From contig DF236989.1 of the NCBI GenBank assembly GCA_000708835.1, positions 237,285 through 301,284 on the forward strand: a stretch of DNA of 64,000 nt. The letters are read 5' to 3'. The DNA is from Klebsormidium nitens. Taxonomy: Eukaryota; Plantae; Klebsormidiophyceae. This document shows positions 11,318 to 24,300 of the stretch, one piece after another. Position 1 is the first letter of the stretch; each line of letters begins with the position of its first letter. Under the pieces are notes generated by a model. It had not been told where the DNA came from and made no database searches. It worked only from the letters and a program-made list of their open reading frames with translations. Made by a program: the position numbers and the translations under genes.

Positions 11318-14300
11318 ATGGCGTTTGTTTGGATCCTGGGCGTTTACATAGCTTTCATCGCTTTGTTTCTCCTCGTCATGCTCTTTGGAGAGTCACCGGC
11401 ATTCGAAGGCACCATTGTGCATTCTGCACACACTTTTATAACGTCGCGGAGCTGCGAATTGATCCAGTAAGCACCACATTTCTGACGCGCCTGCTACATC
11501 TTTAGGACTGATTATGCCAGCCAAACATTCTTACTATCAATCTTGTATATGAGCACGACTGTGTTAAAAAGCACGGGAGTACAGGTCTTGTAAGTTGCCT
11601 TCTTATGAAAGATTGCAAGGATTCTCGCCAACTCTGCTTTCACATGTGACATCGCCCTTCTGGAATGCAGATTGATTGCAGGCACATCGCTTGGGTCAAG
11701 GAATCTGAGTTTTCAGACAATTCAACACCACCATTGCAAGTGCTTGTTGGAAACAGCAGGGGTTAGTGGAGGCAACACAGAGCTTAGCGAACAAAGTTGG
11801 GGATAAGAAAAATGAAACAGGAAGGGGGACCACTTAGTGCAACGCCGCACTACCAGCTCCGTAAGCTACAGATCTTCTTTGTCAATGTCTTTCAACACTC
11901 CGTCAGTCGGACGAATGCTGCCATGCTGGCCGGTACGATTTCTGTCATGTGTTTTTGCAGAGTGGGGATACAGCGCGCCTGCGGGGAGCGTGCCGCGCGC
12001 TTCTGCTCAGGGGCCTGCGATGCTTTTCTGAACAAACCAAACCCAGCCTTGCAGGTAAGCCTCAAACACACGAGATTCTCTCAAAGCCACTTTCTTACTT
12101 TTCTGATGGAATACACTCCCCAATCAGAACTATATTGTAGAAACTGAGAAGCATGTGATAGGTTGGATGGATATTCATAATACCCAAATGTTTGCCATGT
12201 CAGGAAGAAGGCATGGTCGTGGATTGAGGGGGAACTAAGTATGAAATTGAGCTGGCAAACATTTCAGATTTTAAGAGGCGAAAGGAACTAGAAGTTTGGG
12301 TACAAACATTCCGTTGAACGTGGCCCGATCCAAAGATCTGAATCAACCCCATCAATTAGATTTTAAAAAAAAAATCCATTCAACATCAGTCATGCACAAG
12401 TTTAAGTGGACTTGTGTTTCATGCACACAAGATGTCCATTGAAAGACACACAGTCTGTTACTCGGTGCTTGGCGCAACTGCTGGTTTAATGAACACTGCA
12501 AGCGTCCTTCCTTCCAGATTCGTGTCCTTTTGGAAAACCTCAATCGCCTCATGGTCTGAACAAATCGAGAGTGATGCTAAACCCCTCAGTTTTCCACAGA
12601 TCTTCTACTTGGTCCTGATCGGAGGGGGTTGGCTGCTGTTTGCAACTGTCGCGCTTCCGCTCATCCCGGGTCTTTACCTCTCCGCTATACACAGGTAAGA
12701 TAGCCAACGCCTCCTGATTCCGGGCTTATGTAGGTTGACTCTTGCCGGTTCCTTTCGTGTCAAGTTGCAGAAGATCAAAGATATTTGAGTTCCTGATTCA
12801 TCGTTCCTTACTCAATTTTAAACTGCAAACTCATCTCTCTGCAGGTACACTGCCCCACTAGCAGTTCTCGGTTGCCTAACCACCTTCCTGTTAACCAGCT
12901 TCTGCGACCCCGGGGTCTTAACCCCGTCGAACGTTGACGCGCACCTGCGCGCCTTCAAGATCGACAACCAGATTTATGAGGAAAAAGTCTGCGGCACCTG
13001 CCAGCTGCCAAGGTGGGCTGTGGCGTCTGAGTTTTGGGGCTCTTGGAGTTGCGGGTATTTGGGCCTTCAAAATCTGCTAATTGTTCTTAAACCGGTAGGA
13101 GAGGAGAGAGTCGAAACTTAGAAAGCCATAAGCTTCTGCCACGGTCGCGGATGTGTATCGTCGCTGTTGAGGTGGTCCTGAGTAGTCCTCACCAGTTCCC
13201 CTGTTCCTGCGTCAGCACTTCGCAGCGTTGGTGACGAGGGTACATACATACTACAGGCTATCTTCTGAGTTAACAAACCGGCCTTTGATGACGAGTAGGA
13301 CCCGCCGCTAGTTCGAAATATTGGAAAACTGAGGTCAAAGGAAAGTGGATCTGCGTCACCTGCCAGCTGCCAGGTAGATTTTCATCGGGTTGCTTTTGAC
13401 GGGGTTCAGTGCTTCTACGTTCAAACCAGGGGCCAGTGAAGAGGGGACTTGCGTTCTGCAGGCGTACGAACTGTCGGCTCCAGAAACATGTACTAGGCTG
13501 GGAAAAAACCGTCCTATCTGCAGGACTTTTGGAGACATTTCCAGGGAGACTGCGATGTCGTTTCATACTCCGGTGACAGCAGGCGCATTGGTTTTTGAAT
13601 TCTCCTTGTGAAAGGAGAAGTGTCGCTTCTTCCGCGCCAAGAATCAACCAGCTCTCTGCCTTTGAACGATGCCCAGAAGAATACGCGATTTGACAGAAGG
13701 ACCATGGGTACCTTGCGAAAGAAACCTTCGCCTGAAAACGCTGGTTGGAGGCTTTACAGGTCCTACACGGACTCGCCCTTCCTTGTACGATGGGAACAAC
13801 CTTCTTTCTTGTTCATACAGGCCCGCTCGGTCGAAGCACTGTAGTGTGTGCAACCGCTGCGTCGCCAGGTTCGACCACCATTGGTAGGTGCGCGCTTTTC
13901 AACCTTTAAAGATTGCTTTGGAAGTTACAGAGAACAACGTACCTCTCCGGCAGACTCTGGATTGTGTGGCTAAGCGGACATGTTTGTAGATACTTTGAAG
14001 GCTGCTACTTTTGATCTTGGCACATAAGGCATAAGCTCTTGACGACTGATAAGACGAATGCTTGACCAGCTTTATCATAGATGTGGACGCTGCTTTCGGC
14101 TCTGAATTGTCATTAGGGTAACGTCGTAATTCATTCGGGCCCTTTCTGCTGTTCCGTTGCAGTGGCTGGATGAACAACTGCATCGGGGAGAGGAACATTC
14201 GATTTTTTGTCGCGTTTCTCATCGGGTGAGAAGAAACCTGCCACCTTCCTCTCCAGTCCGCTTTTATTGTTGCGTGTACCGATACTCACATTCAAAACCC

Positions 14301-16630
14301 AGGGCTGATTGTTGTTCGAACACCGTTTCCTGGTCAGGCTCCCCAGTTTGATCCTAACAAGGAAATGTTTGTGGCAATATATCATCCCAGGATCTGGAGC
14401 GAGCTCAGACTTCGCCTTAAACTGCCGCACTGCTACCATTCCCTATGCCCCCAGAACGCAGGGCTCTGCTGTGGAGATTGCACTGTTCCAAGAGTCCAAG
14501 GGCTTCTCGTGCGATGTCCCGCTGGGACCGCACGCGTGTCAAAAGCAGGGGCGAAAAGACGAAGAAGCAGACCCCCGAAGACCCGTCTCCCTTTGCCGCA
14601 GGCATACATTGCTTTGCTGGTATGGCACGTACCTCATCGCCCAGATCTTGAGGGGCGAGGTCGACAGGCGAAACTTGCTGCCGTTTGTCAGAGGTGGGCC
14701 GTTTTGCATCCTCCTCTGTTGCCGTTCTTCACGTGTCCTTCTGTTTTTGAGACTTTTGGCAATTAGCTGGTGGTATCGACATTCATTGGCGGATACCTCT
14801 CGTCCGGCTTGTGAGACTCCTGACCTGCGCGCCTCTGAGTACGTGGTCCGAAATCCTCGTAACGCTGTGCTTGCCGACATTGTTCGCCGGTATGTCAGAT
14901 CAACAGACCGTCACAGCTCTTCGACTTGATCCGGAAAAGCACCAAAGTAAGACGGGCACACGCGGCGCCTTTTGTTACTCCTGAGCTCTGCTCAGTGCCT
15001 CCTTTCATTGCGTATTGGTTGGTCTTCCAGTTCTGAACAGCCCGGCTGCTCGATTCCGCTCGCTTTTTTTGCCGCAGCGGAAGGCTATCTGCGGCCGGAA
15101 GAAGGCTGGTGGGGTGTGGCGGCCCTTCTTACTCAGGTGAGTACTAAAGCGGCGCTCCTACAAGTGTGCAAGAGACTCGAGACAAGGTGCCTTGTGAACG
15201 CGCTTCGGTATCGTTCCACCATTTTCATTGTCGATCAGATTGCCCTTCCAAGTTCGTGCTTCCTTCATAGGTTGCTAGATGCCTTCATCGCAGGGACAGC
15301 TGTCCATCCAACAAACCGTTATGAACAATATACTTTTCATAAGTGAGCATGACGTCATGCTTCGTCTCTTTAAACTATCATTCTCGGGGCTCTTCGCCAG
15401 CTTGCCGAATGTCAGACCTATGCACCTTGGTACGATCAATTGTTTGCAAGGCTTTCCCATCTTGTTGGGTACATTCTCCTGTCAAGCTGACGTTACCACT
15501 GTTCCCTTCCTTCGGCAACTGACGTCATCCTTGCTTCATGCAGTGGCTGGTGACGTACTTCTCCAACCTGGTGATGCTCGGCGCTTTCACGCTCGTCATC
15601 TCGTGGCTGCTCGCGAGCTTCGCCACGTATCATCTGTACCTCATCTACAAGAATACAACGACCAACGAGGTTGGTGCTAACTCGCTTGGCGTTTTCTAAC
15701 TTGCTCTCTTCTTTTTCTGCTCCGATTGATGTTCCAACGGGTGCTGCCGACTGGCTTGGCACGCTCGGCTTTAAATGATGGCCTCGGGTTCTGCCTCCCG
15801 TCCGGGTATTGCTGGCTCGGAATCGAGCGCTGCCGGATCTGAGCGTATAGGTGATGTCTGCCAAAAAGAACCGTTGTCCCTTTGTTGAGAAGCAGCACTT
15901 TCCGAAATGCATTCACAACAGGCCGCAAACTCTCAACTGGAGGAGCAAAGTCTCAATCAGCAAAGAGAGCGTCTGCTGAAAATGAAGGGGGGTCGTATTC
16001 AGGACAGGAGTGTATGCTTTTTAGGACTCCACTTGATGCGTCGGAAGGAGCGATTGCTCCCACTCTCTTCCTGCTTATTCTCTACAGCCGCCACTCGCGG
16101 CTCTTAGTTTCTGTCGCTTCCGATCCTTGAGTCTCTCCCTGTACTGCTGGAAAACGAGGTCGAAGTCTCTCGAACGCGGATACTTTGTCTGTTCCGCAAG
16201 CGGTTACGAGAGGTTACTCCAGCGTCACGGAGTGCAGCAATAGAGCACGTCATGATCGATCCGCCTTTCACTGCAGACATTCAAATGGGCGGGCTATCAT
16301 CGGTGGCTTCGGGAAGAGGCGTTGGAAAAAGCAAAAGCGGACGCCGCTACGAAGCCTGTGAATAGCGGGGTATTGGTGGCAGCCCTGCCGTCGGAAAATC
16401 ACGTAAGAGAAGAAGACGAGAAGGGTCTATCAAAGGGGGAGGGAGCGAGGGATGTTTCTCGGAGTATGTTCAGACGCTTAAGCAGGGGTTGGTTGTCCAG
16501 GACGCGCTGGAGGAACCATGTAGAGATGGCCATCCCTGAGGTGAAGAACATATACGATCAAGGTCTGTTTGAGAACTTCAAAGAGGTTCTCATACCAAGG
16601 TCGACAAGGACCGGCAAAAAGATTGACTAA
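11318..16630 (+). CDS. DHHC-type protein S-acyltransferase (palmitoyltransferase), SWF1/ZDHHC4-like, multi-exon
   Basis: Exons give [13 protein letters not shown].., [10 protein letters not shown]|[50 protein letters not shown]|[20 protein letters not shown] (DHHC cysteine-rich domain split by an intron at about 13884) and the C-terminal [17 protein letters not shown]. Some internal 3' exons are approximate. Confidence 0.92.
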
Positions 16631-18112
16631 AGGCCACGCGCAGCCCGAATGGAACGTCCGATCACATTTGCCAACTCGAGCGTCCCTTTGCTTACCCTCG
16701 TGTGCCGCATCCTGTCGGCGCACTGGCGGACCTTCGCAAATCGAGCAACATTTGTTGTTAGGCTAGCTGACGGTAAGGTATAGGGCGTGTACATAAGCTG
16801 CTGCATCCGATGGCAGTTCCTGTGGGCACCGCGACGTTCGGTGGATATGTGCTCATGTTCAATGAAGTCAGAATCCCAAGTAATTAATGATCCCTGCCAA
16901 GTTCCTCAAATCGTTCTTTGAAGTATGTTCATCGTTCCGAAGTGCGGCCAGAAAATCACCAAGCCCGTCAATCCAAAGACATGCCAGGGCTTGCACATGC
17001 CGAGGCGCGGCCACGACGTTGCGGTCGGCCGCGCCCTCCCAATGCATGCGTCCACGCACCAGCCCGCCCGCACGCGTGCCATGTCGAAATCATGCATTAT
17101 TGAAGCATATGAATAAGCAGATTGCAAAAATGGCCTTCAGCTCTGCCTGGGCCGCTTCATTCACTAGATCGCGTGCAGGTTTCTCCCATGGGAGAAAGCG
17201 AGCTACCCGGTGGTAATTGGATTGCAATGCGTTTATGAAATTAGTAGGTAGACGTCAATCTTCATAATTGATATATTCATACCCATTCAAGAGCTCTCGA
17301 GTGCGTTCCTTCATGTGCATGTGAACGACGGATGCGCACGCTTATCGTTTGCATCGTTTGCATTAGAGGCCCATGGGTATTGTATAGATATTCCAAGCTC
17401 CGCGCCGCGCTTGACAAGTCGACTAGCTCTCTCTTAAGATGTTGAAGATGTACGATTTAGTAGTATGCCCTTTATGTGCGCCTTACCATGCAATACATTT
17501 CTTAGGTTCACGACAGACGACGCATCTGCAGCTGATTTAGTTTCTGCAATCAAATGATGAATCTGGGGTTTTCACGGCTCGATAAGTGACTATATGTATA
17601 CTTGGGCTCGTGGATCGCATGTGTGGCAAACTGTAGCTTTTATAAACGCTGACAGTCGACTCCGCGGCCACATAAACTTAATACACGTTGCAACCTGAGT
17701 CACCTCCGGGCTTCGGGATTGTAGGTCGCCCAGGCTCGTGGTCAATTGCGCGAGATAGCCTCATAATTCGAACGATCTCTCCTTTCAATGACTTTAGTCT
17801 GCTGCGCCTGTATTCTAAGCAGATTCGGATACTACTGTAGGGGGCAGCTTTGCAAATCCTCACCCTTAGGACGTAAATCTCTTTGAAAAAGTGGGATACC
17901 AACTACTTTTTCCTGCGGTAAAACGAGCTATTATTCTGAACCAATTTGCAGAATTGCTACCACCAAACAGCGTCCAGAGGGTAGCATCCGTCAAAGGAGA
18001 TTTACAAGAAGGAGCACTTAGTGACAGCGTCCTGTAAAAGTTCGACCGACTTCGTTGTACATCTTCTTGAGCCACCTTACGAATCTTGTCTCGTCAGACT
18101 TTCTATGCGGCT

Positions 18113-19237
18113 CTAGCACCCGAGCATACCTCTGAGGGACCCCCTTCTAGTTCTCTTCCTGTGTGGCGCGGTAAAATCCTCACGCCTAATTTCTACCCCC
18201 TTCGCTCGAGCACTCCCGTCCTCAGGCCTCTCACTTGGTCCCTCGTCGTCTCCCATTTCTTCCTGCCGCCTCTTCACCGCCAAGAGCACATCTCTCGCGA
18301 GATCCAGCCCGTGCTTCTCGAGCTCTTTTTTGCCCAGCTGCACCGCTTGCTCTTCCACTTTCTTCTTCAATGCACTCACGTGTGGGAGCTCCAAGTCCAG
18401 CCCAGGCCACGTCATCACATCTTGAACATCTTCGAGCCCGGTCAGCTTGAAGTCTTTGCTCCAGTCTCGGAACAGGCTTTCCAGGCCGAGTTCATCCGCC
18501 AGGGAAAGGAAAGCGATCTTGTGCGGAGAATCCTTGATGATGGGAACTTCCAGCGTGTAGCAGTACTTTACGACAGACCGGACCACCGTCTCTGAAAGGG
18601 TCTCCGAAACAGCCTTGCTCAAGTCGAAGACGAAGGGGCGCTCCCTTTCCCACCTCTTGGCAAAGAATGCGTGCAGGATTCCGGACTGCATACCGAGGAC
18701 GCAAGAATGAGCCTTCACGCTGAACCCCTGCGCCCGAAGCTCCACGTCCGCTGACTCTTCCACGTTTGCGAGCAGGCTCCCGGCCAGATCTCTCTTCGGT
18801 GCGAGCAGTCCCTCTGGCAGCATGTAGAGCAGCTTCACCTTAACAGTCACCGAGACTCGCTTGAAGTCTTTCTCCGCTAGCTCCCGCTCAACTTCGCTCT
18901 TGAAGATATTCTGGGTTGGCTTCCACTCAAGGCGTCGGTACTTCCTCGTCGGAGCCTTCGTCCAGAGCCTGGTTTCGAAGGAAAAAACGCTCGTGGACGA
19001 CGATCCTGAGCCTACCAGACGGAGCTCATGCCGCCAACCGGTTCTGGGGTGGCACCAAACCGTATACTCCGTCTCTACCTTTCCATCCTTCACACCGCAT
19101 GTCAGGCGCGATGTATGACACTTGTCTAAGCTCGCCATTGCGGTCTCGAGCATAGTCCCTGGCACAGAAAACTTCACATCATAGACGTGTGCTGACCCCT
19201 CAGGTTGAACCTTGCCCTCCACGGACCGTCCTGCCAT
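18113..19237 (-). CDS. Intronless BTB/POZ-domain protein with a beta-rich N-terminal region (possibly divergent MATH-like), 374 aa
   Basis: Single ORF. ADVELRAQGFSVKAHSCVLGMQSGILHAFF..VVRSVVKYCYTLEV..LSLADELGLESL matches the BTB pattern (SDV.l.v.g..f.aH+.vL...S..F / ++.Y.YT / A..l.l..L). Confidence 0.85.
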   Translation of the reverse strand: MAGRSVEGKVQPEGSAHVYDVKFSVPGTMLETAMASLDKCHTSRLTCGVKDGKVETEYTVWCHPRTGWRHELRLVGSGSSSTSVFSFETRLWTKAPTRKYRRLEWKPTQNIFKSEVERELAEKDFKRVSVTVKVKLLYMLPEGLLAPKRDLAGSLLANVEESADVELRAQGFSVKAHSCVLGMQSGILHAFFAKRWERERPFVFDLSKAVSETLSETVVRSVVKYCYTLEVPIIKDSPHKIAFLSLADELGLESLFRDWSKDFKLTGLEDVQDVMTWPGLDLELPHVSALKKKVEEQAVQLGKKELEKHGLDLARDVLLAVKRRQEEMGDDEGPSERPEDGSARAKGVEIRREDFTAPHRKRTRRGSLRGMLGC

Positions 19238-21329
19238 TTTGTCGAGCTTGGCGCAAAACTGGCTCCTTCGAAAATTCTCTGACCACGTCGAAGAGAGCTT
19301 TTGGACATCGAAGTCTTCCCTGCGCCGTCAGAGCCTCTTGCCTCCTGGTCGCAGAGTTCCTTCTTTTGCAAAAGCTTCTAGTCGTCCGTTGTTTTTCCAT
19401 ACCTTCTACTCGTGATTCAAGAGCAACTGTACTTTCCAGCAGCAGACTACACAGCAGTCTGCTTCAGATTCCTGACTTTGCAGGTGAATGTACCCGCAGA
19501 AACACAGACCTGTAAGTGTAACGCTACAACTTCGTCGACTAATTACAATCGTCTCACGCTTCGATCGAATGGCATAGAGGCAAGTGGACGATACTGCATG
19601 TAGCTCATCGCGAGGGAGTGCATCATGGCTGTTCGGCTTCGATTTCGAGTTCGGAGCGATTGTCGTTGAACGAAGTCGGATGGAGATACTGCAAGCTGCT
19701 GATGACTTGCTGAAGATATTGCCCGTCGTATGATTGAGCAGTACCTTCCGATGGATTCAGGGGGATCCTCTGGGAGCACGAGGGTCCGGCCTAAACGAGG
19801 TATTTCAGTGTATATATTGTGTGTATCCCGGGGAGTACGGGTAGGGTTGTTCTGAGGGTTACTAGGGTGGGTGGGGGTGCAGAGCACTTGTCTTTCTCCT
19901 GTTTCGGTTTCCTTGAGCTGGTATGCCCAGGGCTCCTGAAATATGTCTGAATCAAGATCACAAAAGGAGTAACCCCTCAGTGAATTGCTTGAAAGTTGTG
20001 GGTCCCGGATTCTCTTCGCAATGCCCCCGCAATGCATCTTTATGCAGCTTCATGGGCACGCAACGCGCACGTACGAAGGGCGATTCATCCTGTTTTTTCA
20101 AAAGCCAAATACCTGCATCCAAATGCTGGGTCCGTCCTTACGAGCTGCTACTACGTGGCAACATTGTCATGGTCCGTAACTTCCATTGGAACTGATATTT
20201 CCAAGAGACTCTCTTCATACCATCAGAGATGTATGATAGACTTATTATCTTGAATCTAATGAGGGTTGCAGACTCGATGTTTGATTTGGAGATGGGCCAA
20301 AAGTTGCTATACGTCATTTGAAAACCGGCCAGCTGCCACTCCTGCAGGCAGCTCATGAGGCTCATTTATTGGCAGCTCAATATTGGCCCAGTATGTGCAC
20401 TGGCGCATCCAAGCATTCGCGCAAGCGTGCTCGACAGATGATTCACTTGCTACGATGAGCATGGTATCATCCACAATTAGAATTCCAACACCTACGTGCA
20501 GGCCTACAGGCTGCACAAGTCATGTATGCCTTGATTAATGCAAACTGTGCGCAAATCGACGGTCGATAAATGCACGCGGACCGCTATCGACGGCTCTCGG
20601 TTTTTCAATATGCTGAACCCATATAAGAAGCGGTTCAAAATATTGGTCGGCCCCGGGCCAAGCTGACTAAAAACTTCAGCCTCGCGCGTCGCTTTCTCCC
20701 CGGGCCTCCTCTGGCAAAAAGGCCGCCGGAGACAGAATACTCTGATCATGTTTGACTTGTGGTGCTCCATAATCACGATCCAAGTGACACGGTTTGCAAC
20801 ACATCCAGATTCTGGGTGAACTTTCGCAATTTCGGTCGAAGTCAAAGGCCAAAAGCTGAGGTAGATCCATGCAACTTATAGCCAGAGGCTGAGGGCAATA
20901 GCAGGGAAAAGGGCCAGCTTAGTCAGGGCTCTGATCAAGATTTTAGGGCATCCTTGCAGAGCCTAAGGCCCGTGGCTGCATGCTAACTTGCATCCTGTTC
21001 ACCTGCCGGTAGAGATGATGAGGAAGCTCAATTCTTAGCCGCGAGCTCTCGAGCTCATATATCTGATCTCTACCAATTGACTTCGTTGCCTCAAGAGAAT
21101 TAGCCATTCAACGGGCATTCAACATCCAACACCTGCGGTGATAAAGAACAAAGCAGGGAGCTAAGTGGCCACATAGCCGAGTGGATCTACTAGATACCAA
21201 TGCACTTTCAGCCCCTGCCAAAGTCATAAAAAGCACAAAATGCCGCTTCTTTTTCCAGCCAGCCCCAGCAGCCGGTCGGCAGCTGCAAGCAACACTGCCT
21301 TCTCCCCTGCATGGAAAGAGAATGGAAAA

Positions 21330-24300
21330 CGCAGCGCAGAAGAAGTGGAAGCTTTCAAAGTCAAGCTCAATTCCGCCCTGCATGATCACCGGGAGTACAC
21401 AGACTTACCGGTGGGCGAGTCGTCGCCGGGGCTGGAAGCTGCTTTGAATGTTCTGTTGGTAAGGACCTCATGCTGCCTGGTAATAGCTGAAGTGTAGGAT
21501 AAGGTGGCCTGTTGGGAGACCGGATCTAATTTTCAAGCGTGAGCGTTGATTATAGCAGCATTGCATATAGAAGCTTTGTCTTGGGCCACTGGTTGCTAAT
21601 GTGGAAGACTGATCATGCAATGAGTCAGTGAAAAGGTGGCAGGGGAGGTTTGCGCACCTAGAGAAAATGCCTGATGTGAGTATAGCAACCGTTTTGACTA
21701 GGCAGCGGTGCAGATGAAAGCATCACCAGTCTTTTATTTGAGGTTTTCTTCAAGCGCAAAGAAGCTCAAAGGTCGGTGCCTCTTCTCAGACACTTGACAT
21801 GATGTTGCTCAGGTTGCAATGAGAGATGATGTTAAACCAAATGAAAATCTCAATCCTTGGGTTGCTTTTGCAGGGCTTGGCAACTGAAGGCCCATCCAGG
21901 ACAATGGCGGCCAGTGTCGCTGCAAGGGAGGTCTTAGCGGCCGCACTCTATGCGCGCGACTCCACCATCGCAAGTAAGAAGCTCAGCATGATCGAAGAAA
22001 ATGCAACCTCCAGATAATCATGCATCTGTTATCACACCTTTTCTATGTCAAGTGCCTTCACTAAAGCTTTCTGTAGGCAATCTTTGGAGAAAGAAAAGCG
22101 AGTGGCAAGCTAAATTTCCTTTACAAGTCATCAGATCCAATCTGCTCTCTACGAATCCTATGTTTGAGGCCTAAAGTGAAGTTTTGATTCTTCCACTTCG
22201 CTACTGTCGAAAGTATCCAGACAATCAGGCCTTTCAAAAGCTCTAGGCAAGAGCAGCAATATTGGCCCAAATTGTTCTCAATCTAGAACATGCAAACACT
22301 CCCCATTCAGGATTGGCGATCTCGCTTGTACCGTCGATCTTGGGGAACGGAGACCTTAAGACCGGCGTACCAGCAGAGCTAGACGTTGTTGGCAGGCTGA
22401 TCGAGCTCCTCAAAACAGCGCCAGACCTCAAGGTGAGTGGCTCCATCTGGTCTTCATCCACTACCCATTCATCCGACCTTTTACCATCTGACCGCATATG
22501 GGGAAAAGACATTGTCCCGTAGAGTAGACTCCGCTCACAGTCCGGAGCAGCAAGCGCTTGCCACGAGCGTGACGAGACCTATAACAAGAGTTCTTTATCG
22601 TCCTAATCTGGCAACCCAACCTGGCAACCCGAAGTGTTTCCCCAAATGTGAAGTTCTTTGGTCTCTTTAATACAGGCTCAGGACACGTGCTGCGCGGCGC
22701 TAGCGAGCATCGCAAATGCTGTTGCCTTTGAGGATACCACGGAAGCAGAACGTGTTGCGGAGGAAGCTCGGTTCTCAATCCGACAGCGCATCCTTCAGGT
22801 AAGAGGTCACGCAACCCTCGAGCTTCATAGGCAAAGGAGAGACGGTCGAGTAGAAATCTGCTGTATTTCTAAGTTACAATTTCGGTAAAAGGAGTAAGCG
22901 CAACGATTGTCTTGGAGTCGTGTTCCACATGTTTAATGGTCATGATGACCGCGTTTGCCCATTTCGGTATTGTCAGCAGTACTTCTACGTAGAACAGTAG
23001 CCGTGCGACACTTGGAAATATTTGGAGGGGCCTAAAAGCAGTGGCTGCAGCCTAGTAGACAGCGCAGAAGAAGAGGAGCTCACAACTGAGACGAATGAGG
23101 GCCAGCTTCAATTGAAAAACGGGCAGCGAATCATGCGTCTTTTATAGGCTTTACAAGCTGAGCGGCACTTCTATGAGCCGAGATTGATGTCGGAATCGTT
23201 TGGACTAATCGCCTTAGCCACGTTATAGGCGGGCAGAGTCATGCGCAGCGGTTAGGCTCCGCGTCTACCAAAACCTTGGTCGACTTCTTGGCAGCCAATC
23301 ATGTTTGCCTGCCACTACTTCACTCGCTCAACTCCGTTTCAAAGTCCCAAGACACTGCCAGCGCGATGGACTCCTAGCTTTTTCCGCTCAACGCGGAACC
23401 TCATTGGAAACCTTACAAGCGCTGGCTCCGCAGTCAAACGGCCTGGCGGTCCTCCTTCCGATTCTCGCGCGAAAGAAGCAGAGCGAGAAGCAACGGTACC
23501 TGAATGCGTGGGACCTGGAGAGCTGCCAGGTGCGCCGCTGTCTTCGCGCCTCGTTCTTTCTTCTTGTGGCTGCATTTCGGCTTCGACTTCAATGTAACAA
23601 ATGGTGGACATACGAATTTTGCCGATGGTTTGGAAGGAACCAGCAAACATCAACGACTTCTTTCTATCCGCTCCGTGAGCGTTATCTTTCCCGAACCGCC
23701 AAAATGTATGGGCTGTGGTGATCTAGTAGACGAGGGGATTATAACCTATTCAGGTGTGGACTCAGAAGTGGACCAAGCTTGTGCATATTCGTCCTTCCGC
23801 TAAGTGCAACTGCAGGGCATAAGCTTTGGAGCAAAGTAGATATTAAAAATCGATACGCAGAGTCGGCCGTCAAGTTTACAACGAGATCAAGAGGCTGCTG
23901 GTCAAACGTGCTTCAAACGAACAAGCAGGAAACTGCTGTGTCCTGTTACATGTAATAGGTTTTAATTTCTTTCCATGCCCAACTCCCACACGCTACAGGC
24001 ACAAGCGGCCAATGTCCTGACCGCCCTCTTTGAAGCCTGGGATGACGTCGGCTCGCCCGAGGCCGCTGACGTCATCCTGAAAAGCCACGTCATCCCCCGC
24101 CTCGTCGAGCTCACCCGCAGCTACCACGTCGAGGGCGACGCGCAGCGCGCTTCGCTCCGCTGCCTGGTCGCCCTCTGCGCGGCGGATCCGCGCGCGCGCG
24201 CGCTCTCACGCCAGCACGGCGCCGAGAGCGACGCGAAGTGGGTGCTGACGCACCCCGCCGGGAGCGGGCCGGCCGCCCGGGAGAGTCAGCGTCTGGCCGG

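Noticed and set aside
17002-17038. GC-rich hairpin (GAGGCGCGGCC..GGCCGCGCCCTC) as a Helitron 3' end
   Set aside because: No CTRR terminus at the expected distance and no identifiable 5' TC end or second copy in the window.
19543-20037. 164-aa minus-strand ORF between the BTB and ARM genes
   Set aside because: No motif, non-ATG start, and composition unlike the real exons; the region may instead hold 5' exons or UTR of the flanking genes.
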